Shown piece after piece: positions 57,089 to 64,000 of a stretch of DNA of 64,000 nucleotides. The notes under the pieces were generated by a model, which saw nothing but the letters and a program-made list of their open reading frames with translations, did not search any database and was not told where the DNA came from. Position 1 is the first letter of the stretch, and each line of letters begins with the position of its first letter. The position numbers and the translations under genes were made by a program. This DNA comes from Octopus sinensis (lineage: Eukaryota): assembly GCF_006345805.1 (NCBI RefSeq), contig NC_042998.1, forward strand, positions 151,652,001 to 151,716,000, written 5' to 3'.

Positions 57089-57499
57089 GATGAGAGGTGG
57101 TGGCAAACAGGTAAAGGTGGGTGGTGGCGAAGCAGGAAAAAGGAGAGACAACAGGAAAACAACGAAAGAAGAAAAAGGGTGAAGACAGTTTGAAAACAAT
57201 AGAAAAAAGTTGAAAAAAGTCAGGAAAGAGATTTGAGAGTCAACGGACAGATTAAGTAATGATTTTACATCACGGTAAGCGGTACTCCGGAAGAAGGTTG
57301 CAGGTGATCCGTAGGTCAGGAAGAATGGTAACAATAATCCGTAGGTGCAAAAAATCCGAGAGTTGGTATCCAAGGTACAGGGGTCCGTGTAGGCGCGCAG
57401 TGGTATAATTTTAATCCAAAAGGGAAACAAAAAAACAACAACAACAGGAACAATTACAGTATTATTATTAATAGGCGCTCAGGAGATGGAAGCAGGGAG

Positions 57500-57534
57500 G
57501 TATGACGTTTCGAGCGGAGCTCTTCGTCGGAAAC
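57500..57534 (-). ncRNA. Identical variant hammerhead in the 5' pLTR
   Basis: Same sequence, 6263 bp away. Confidence 0.75.
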
Positions 57535-59025
57535 ATAAAGAAGGAAGAGAGAGGAAAGAAAGATCCCAGAGCGGGCAACAGGGAAAGAGAAAAAAAAGAC
57601 GACTGGTGTTTACGAGTTGCACATGGTGAAAGGCGGATGTTGACGATAACAAGAGCAAAGTGGGTTTTTAAAGGCAAAAGAGTGGAGACAAGGTTGGTAA
57701 CCCAACAGATGTGTGTGTATGTGTGAGTGTGTGCATGTACGTGTGTGTATGTGTGTGTGTGAGGCGAGATGAAAAAACAAAAAAATATATGTGTGTGTTA
57801 GTGTGTGCGTCTGTGTGTAGGCGTGTGAGGTAGGGCGAGACTAGTGGTCAGCTAGCAGACGAGGTCAGTACTAAGAAAAAGAAGGAAGGAGGAAGGGAGG
57901 TCAGTAGTAAGAAAAAGAAGGAAGGAGGAAGGGAGGGAGGGGAAGGGGTGGGGGCGTATGTAGCGTGCCAGCGTGTGTTGAGTAGTAGTGTGTGTGTGTG
58001 TCCAGTGTCGTGGTGGTATTAATGGCGAGTAGATTGAATGTGTGTAAGAGTGATGTATATATATAGGCAAGGTGTGTATATGTGTGCGCGTGTGTGTAAC
58101 GAAAAAGGGGGGGGGTTAAGGAAAAAGGACTCCAGCTGAGGGGAAGATGGAAGAGTGGTACCGCGGAGACAGGCGTGGGAAAACCCAACGACACGCGACG
58201 GTCCCAGGAACGGGCGGGAGGTCTCGTCAGGTCCAAGGGCGAGGTGTATGCGACGCGTATGCAGCGCGAGCCGGCGTAAGTGCGTATGTGCGCGTGCCTG
58301 CGAGTATGCGCGTACGTATGTATGTGTGTGGATGTGTGAGTGTGTCTGTGTGTATGTCTGGGTGGCAGTGTGTGCGATGAATGTATGTGAGTATGTGTGT
58401 ATGTATGTGTGTGCATAGATGTATGTCCGTGTGTGTGTGTGTATGTGTGTGAGTGTGTATGTATGTACGTGTGGGTGTGGGGAGGTGTGTGTATGTGCAT
58501 GTGTGTGCGCGTACATACAGGTGTGTGAGTGAGTGTGTGTGTGTATGTATGTGTGAGTGTGTATGTATGTGTGTGTCGGATGCATGTATGTGTATGGGTG
58601 TATGTATGCGTGTGTGTATGTATGTATGTGTACGTGCGTGTGTGTGTGTGTATGCGTGTAGGTGTGCGCGTGTGCATGCATGCATGCATGTGCGTATGTG
58701 TGTGTGTGTGTGCATGTGTGTGGGTATATATGTATGTGCGTATATGTGTGTGTATATATATATATATATGCGCGTGTGTGTGTGGCTGCGCACAAGTAGA
58801 AATACTGATACACAAGCGCATATCATTGTTATATAATTATATCATAGTGGATGTATATATGTGTGTGTGTGCGCGCGCGCGTGTGTGTGTGTGAGTGTGT
58901 GTGTAAGTGTGTGTGTGTAGGTACACATGTATATAGTGAGAGGCGAGAAAGATAAGCTATATACATGTGCGTATGAATATATGTTTATATATAAACACAT
59001 ATAGGTGCGTGCGTGTGTATGTGTA

Positions 59026-59056
<31 letters not shown>

Positions 59057-59297
59057 ACCTGCGTGTATATGTATATGTAATACGTTGAAATCATTCTCAC
59101 TCTACAATCAATACTTCACCATAGCTTCAATGAAATATTTCCGCAATCTTTATTATTTTTTCTCTTTTAGTTTTTACTTTCTCGCCCCACCCCACCACTC
59201 CTCTCTCCACCTCAACTTCTTCTAGCTCCGGCATTTTTTCCCTTTTTTATTCATTACTTCCTCTCCACACTTATTATTATGTCATTGCCAACCACTA

Positions 59298-59299
<2 letters not shown>

Positions 59300-59339
<40 letters not shown>

Positions 59340-59432
59340 CTCTCTCTCTCATAGTTTCTTCCTTTCAGTCTCTTTCACTTCATACAATCTCTCTTTTCTG
59401 CTGCCACCGTTTTTATGTCGGTAATTTTCTGC

Positions 59433-59499
<67 letters not shown>

Positions 59500-59510
59500 A
59501 CTCTGTCTCT
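59300..59510. repeat. (CT)n microsatellites
   Basis: Directly visible. Confidence 0.9.
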
Positions 59511-60562
59511 CTCTTCGTCTCTGTCTCTCCATCTCTGTCTCTCTGTCTCTTCCTCTACCACTTTCAACTCTGTTTCTTGTTTTCTTTCTGTTCTTGTTGT
59601 GCATATACTTTATTTTATGTTCTTTGTATATTTACGTATTTATTTATTTTTCTCTTTCTATTCTCCGCCCTCAACCACACCCCAACACCTCGACACACAA
59701 TTCCTGCTTCGTAGAAAAACGTACGAAATTAAATCGATCATGTTATCCCGGTACATTTGCATGAGTTTGTGAATGTGTGTGTGTGTATGTGTGTGTGTGT
59801 GTATACATATATTACACTTATGATATTTTATGCATGTACCTTCGTTTACACGTAATATACACTGAAATATATATCTCGTATATTACGTACTTACATATTC
59901 ATTACCAACATTTATGTGTATGTGTGAGGGTACGTGTATGTGTCCATATATATATACACACACATTCATATAGTGTACATATTTATGCATATATATGCAT
60001 AGTGCAAGTATATATATGCATACATACGTGCATATATACAGACATGCACAAACACAAACATACGAGCATTCATGTACATGCATACAGTCATTTATATAAA
60101 CACACATACATTCATACATCCACATATACATATAGTTATACATATATGCACTACAGACCGATGTAAGTATGGAGAGAAGCATGTATTTGCCCCTTACTTA
60201 CATCACTCTGTTCTTTTCCGAAAGATGCAAATTACCTCGAGGAATTAATTATTGAATTCTTATAATTATCTCCCCTTTTCTTTCAGTATCTCTAACAATT
60301 ACCATTTATTATATTTATGAATTCCTTTCTTAATTTAGAGGAAAATTTCAATAAATTCAGACTTTATTGTGTAAGGCATTTGGTACATCACCTCACAACA
60401 TAATTACCCGAACTCATATCATTAACCTCTTTGAGTTACTGCCATTAGCTCTTTTTATTTCGATAATATATTTTTTAATTAGAATATTCTCTGTAAAAAT
60501 TACAAGTAACATTTTTCAACATATAATAATTTATCCGATGGTCTGCTAGCTCGGCTAACTCA

Positions 60563-60606
60563 GTATGCTGATGAGGCCAAATTGATAGGAACACTTATGT
60601 CCATGT
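60563..60606 (+). ncRNA. Decayed hammerhead (deletion removing part of stem II and GAAA)
   Basis: GUAUG-CUGAUGA-GGCC-AAAUUGAUA-GG[missing]AAC-ACUUAU-GUC^CAUGU. Confidence 0.5.
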
Positions 60607-61564
60607 TGCCCAATGCCTGTTTAATGGGATTAAAGCCCACCAATTTTGATCAAATATCCGGTAATCCTTCGATAGCTGTAAGTGTTAATCCAATGAAAGA
60701 CAACAACAATTCGTGTGAGTTTTTGAGGCCTTCGTGAACATGGTATGTTTATTCCGATCCGGGAGGAGAGCATTCGTACGCAGCTTGAACATTTAACATT
60801 TTACAGAACAGAATGAAGTTGAACAAAAAAGGGTTTTTGTCTTGCCGCCTCTCATGACTGGTATAGAGGATTTTACTCGATTCAAATCGGCGCGGGTAGT
60901 CTAGTAGTAGAGAGTGAGACGAAGCAGTTAACAGCAAGCTGCCTGTGAGGCAAAAGAGGCTGCTTCCCTCTCTGGTCGTCTTTTTATCCCCTTTTCACGA
61001 GCACCACCTCGTTGTTAACGATGTGACCAAGGGAGATAACTCCAGATGACCCACAGTCGGGCATGGATTTAACTACAGTTGCCTACACCTGCAAATAAAG
61101 ATCACAATGTCCTTTCTCTAAGCAGGTACGCATAGTTGAGAAATTATTTCTTCATTTCTTAAATTGTCTCCCATTTCTTCGGAGGTCGATAATAGACGCT
61201 GGGTTTTCTGCCTCAAATTTGGAGGGAAATTTACAATAGGTTTAAATATCATTTTGAATAGCGTTCAGTATATAGTTCATTAATCATATATATATACACA
61301 TATTCGTGTACATATATATGTGTGTGTGTAGATATGCATGTGGGTGGGTGTTATATTCTGGAAGGGTCAATTTTCGTTATTTAAAGCTATTTCTGTTTAA
61401 CTTCATTTTAATATTAGCAGTTAACTAATTAACTAGTCAACTAAGTAACGACTCAGTTATTTAACTGCTTACACAATCAGTAGGTTTGACATAATCCTTT
61501 CATCCCTGCTTAGATTTCACCATTTTGGGTTCAACAATGACGTGTCCTTGAGTAACAAGGACAC

Positions 61565-61605
61565 GTCACTGATGAGGTTGCGGATATCAACGAAAGGACT
61601 CTTAC
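61565..61605 (+). ncRNA. Minimal type-I hammerhead
   Basis: GUCA-CUGAUGA-G-GUUG-CGGAUAU-CAAC-GAAA-GGAC-UC^UUAC (one stem I mismatch). Confidence 0.65.
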
Positions 61606-61844
61606 AAACCAATCGACTAATCGAGCAATCGGACTATAAATAATACATGGATGATTATTTATTGAATAATTATAATTATAAAAAAAGAAGTAAAATAGAA
61701 CCAATCTTAATGATCCTCTCAAGATAAAAGCACTAGCTCATCAGACGATCTAACATCAAGAGCAAGTCTCTTGCAAAAAATGCAGAAACAATATATGTAC
61801 GAATACACAGACATACACACATACACGCGGACATGTGCATATGC

Positions 61845-62190
61845 GTGTGTGGCAAGACGTTTTCCCCTCAACTACGTGGCTCCGTGATCAGTCTCACAGA
61901 TTGGAATGTTGGGCAAGTGTCATCTGCTATAGTCTGGACCAAGAAAAGCCTTGTGAGTGGATTTGGTACACGGAAACTGGAAGACGCCAGTCTCATATAT
62001 AAATATATCTACGTGTGTGTGTGTTTTATGTCTGTATTTGTTACGCACCGCCTCTTGACAGCCGGTGTTGGTTTGTTTTAGTTCCCGTAACTTAGCGGTT
62101 CGGCAAAAGGATCCGATAGAATAAGCACTTAGCTCTACAAAAATAAGTACTGGGATCGATTCGTTAGACTAAAATTCTTCAAGGCGGAGT
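61845..62190 (+). mobile_element. Old full-length SINE
   Basis: TTGGGCAAGTGTC..GTGGATTTGGTA..CCCGTAACTTAGCGGTTCGGCAAAA. Confidence 0.8.
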
Positions 62191-62235
62191 CTGATGAATG
62201 AAACAAGGAAAAGGTGTGTGTGTGTGTGTGTGTGC

Positions 62236-62336
<101 letters not shown>

Positions 62337-62629
62337 GATGTATACACACCATGTATTGGATTACTATGTACTCCGTTAGCGAAGTCCGGTAGATGGGTTT
62401 TCTATGATAGCCACTCGATTCTATGAATCCATATATTATGCTACAAATTTATTCTGCTCTACTCATTAATTTCCCGTGCGCTTAAGCGGCTCACTCACAA
62501 ATGATAGAGAAACTACATGTTGATGATCCCTAAAAAATATTCCTATTCCTCCATAGGATGAATACACTAAAATTCTCGTATATAAAATTAACTTTTTAAT
62601 GCAACGGATGCAATGGAAGGCGTACCATT

Positions 62630-64000
62630 TTGAAAGTAAGACTATTTCAACAGATCTTCTCTGTAATGGGATTTTATGAAAGTAATTTAAATCTCAAAAA
62701 AACCTTCCCTCCAATCATCTTCTGCAAGACTTTGAAAAAGTCCTACTGTACATCGTCCGTAAATTTAAATTTAAGAGAATTATTTTCAGAAAGAAGAGTT
62801 ACCTCTGCAAACTGAATGAACTGCTAAAAAAACTGCGGAATGCATTTGTGATCTTAATCCTAACTGATAAAACCGGAAGCCTCTCCGGTCTGGGCCTAAT
62901 AACCTATAACAATCACGTCCCAAACGAACGTAAGAAGGGTTTTTAAATAGCACCAGATCCAGATCTAACGGGCAAAGACATATTGTTGTAAAATCCCTCA
63001 AATTAGATGACAGGTCCTCTCCTGACAAGAACTTTTTAAATCAGCCTAAACATAACTTGGTAAGTAAACCTTCTGTTAAATAATCTGCCCACCTAAGTCA
63101 GGTATTGGCAGGATACGTATTACAAATAGGATCATTCTTACACTGAAAAGGAAAATGTATCTTAACCTGTAGTGTAGCACTATAGAGATAATTAAATGGT
63201 TTCATAATATTAATGATAAGACAAGATAATATTAATGATAATGTTAAGTTTGTGCAATTTGATATTGATGGTTATTACATTTCCATCTCTTCCATACTTC
63301 GAAACATGACTCTCATCTTTGCTCAGAAGAACTCTAATTTAACTAAGAATAATATAGATATCATTCTAGCAGCCCACAAAATTATTTAATTTAATGATAA
63401 GTCTCTGACTAGAAAGAATCGGCAAAATAGTTTCGATATCACTATGGGATCTAACGATTCTCTGCAAGTCACTGATCTCGTGGGGATATACTTATTATTA
63501 TTGTATTAAATATGAAATTCATAATCTTGAAGGTGGTTCTTATAGGAACGATGCTTAACTCATTATACTTAATTCAATATTGACAATTTTAGAACTAAGA
63601 AAAACTAATAAGACACTTTGAGAATGTAGGTTTATCTATTACTTTTAATGACAACAGTAAAATAGTAAATTTCATAGACGTTACTCTCAATCATTTCCAT
63701 TAGCCAAATCAGTATCTAACTATGTTAGTTGTTTCTCGAATCATCCAAGAGCTGTCTTATATTCCATAGTAAATAGTGTATTCTCTCATGTATAATTGCT
63801 CTCTGCTAACAAGGTTATATTTGATCAAACGCTAGCTATTATATTGAGGCTCTAGCTGGGGCTAGTTATAAAGAGAAAATAGCATATCTCTCAAAATATA
63901 ATGACTACAATTACATTTATATAGTCTGACAATAATACCGTTGGTAAAATTAGTACGAATTGACCCGTAATAAGTCTAATATAACTGTGATATCCATAAC
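62630..64000 (+). mobile_element. Heavily decayed Penelope-like RT of a different clade from the 54-kb element
   Basis: Pseudo-translated DKTGSL (~62870), FVQFDIDGYYISIS (~63250), FDITMGSNDSLQVTDLVGIY (~63432), YRNDA (~63541), VNFIDVTLN (~63665), YVSCFSNHP (~63721). Confidence 0.7.

Larger units (their letters stand above)
51141..58755 (-). mobile_element. Near-intact Penelope-like retroelement with direct pseudo-LTRs, inserted in (TA)n
   Basis: RT plus C-terminal GIY-YIG ORF; 51141-52493 is repeated almost identically at 57404-58755; (TA)n at both outer ends. Confidence 0.95.

Noticed and set aside
60736-61077. Possible minus-strand solo LTR (TGTAG start, AATAAA near the end)
   Set aside because: No TSD or supporting internal sequence.
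61725-61755. CUGAUGA-GC-UAGU-GC on the minus strand
   Set aside because: No GAAA follows stem II.

Overview
AT-rich, microsatellite-saturated eukaryotic DNA with no recognisable host exon; it is almost entirely transposon-derived. The SINE sequences and repeat landscape point to an Octopus-like cephalopod (recognition only, no search run). Contents: decayed Tx1/L1-clade LINE pieces; about ten R4/Dong-clade LINE copies or 3' ends abutting (TAA)n arrays, seven stacked in one orientation at 32.5-44.6 kb; two mariner and one Tc1 remnants; many tRNA-derived SINEs; and a near-intact GC-rich Penelope-like element (RT + GIY-YIG, direct pseudo-LTRs, 51.1-58.8 kb). The most striking signal is about 19 type-I hammerhead ribozyme motifs, intact or decayed, from many unrelated sequence families. 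Three non-coding hammerhead elements (14.5, 18.0 and 26.0 kb) share one architecture: head-to-head inverted arms whose 3' ends run outward into (TA)n. Two of them have tandem 479-546 bp monomers, and one has its inversion junction 2 nt from the predicted self-cleavage site. All folds, alignments and coordinates were read by eye; boundaries of old elements are approximate.
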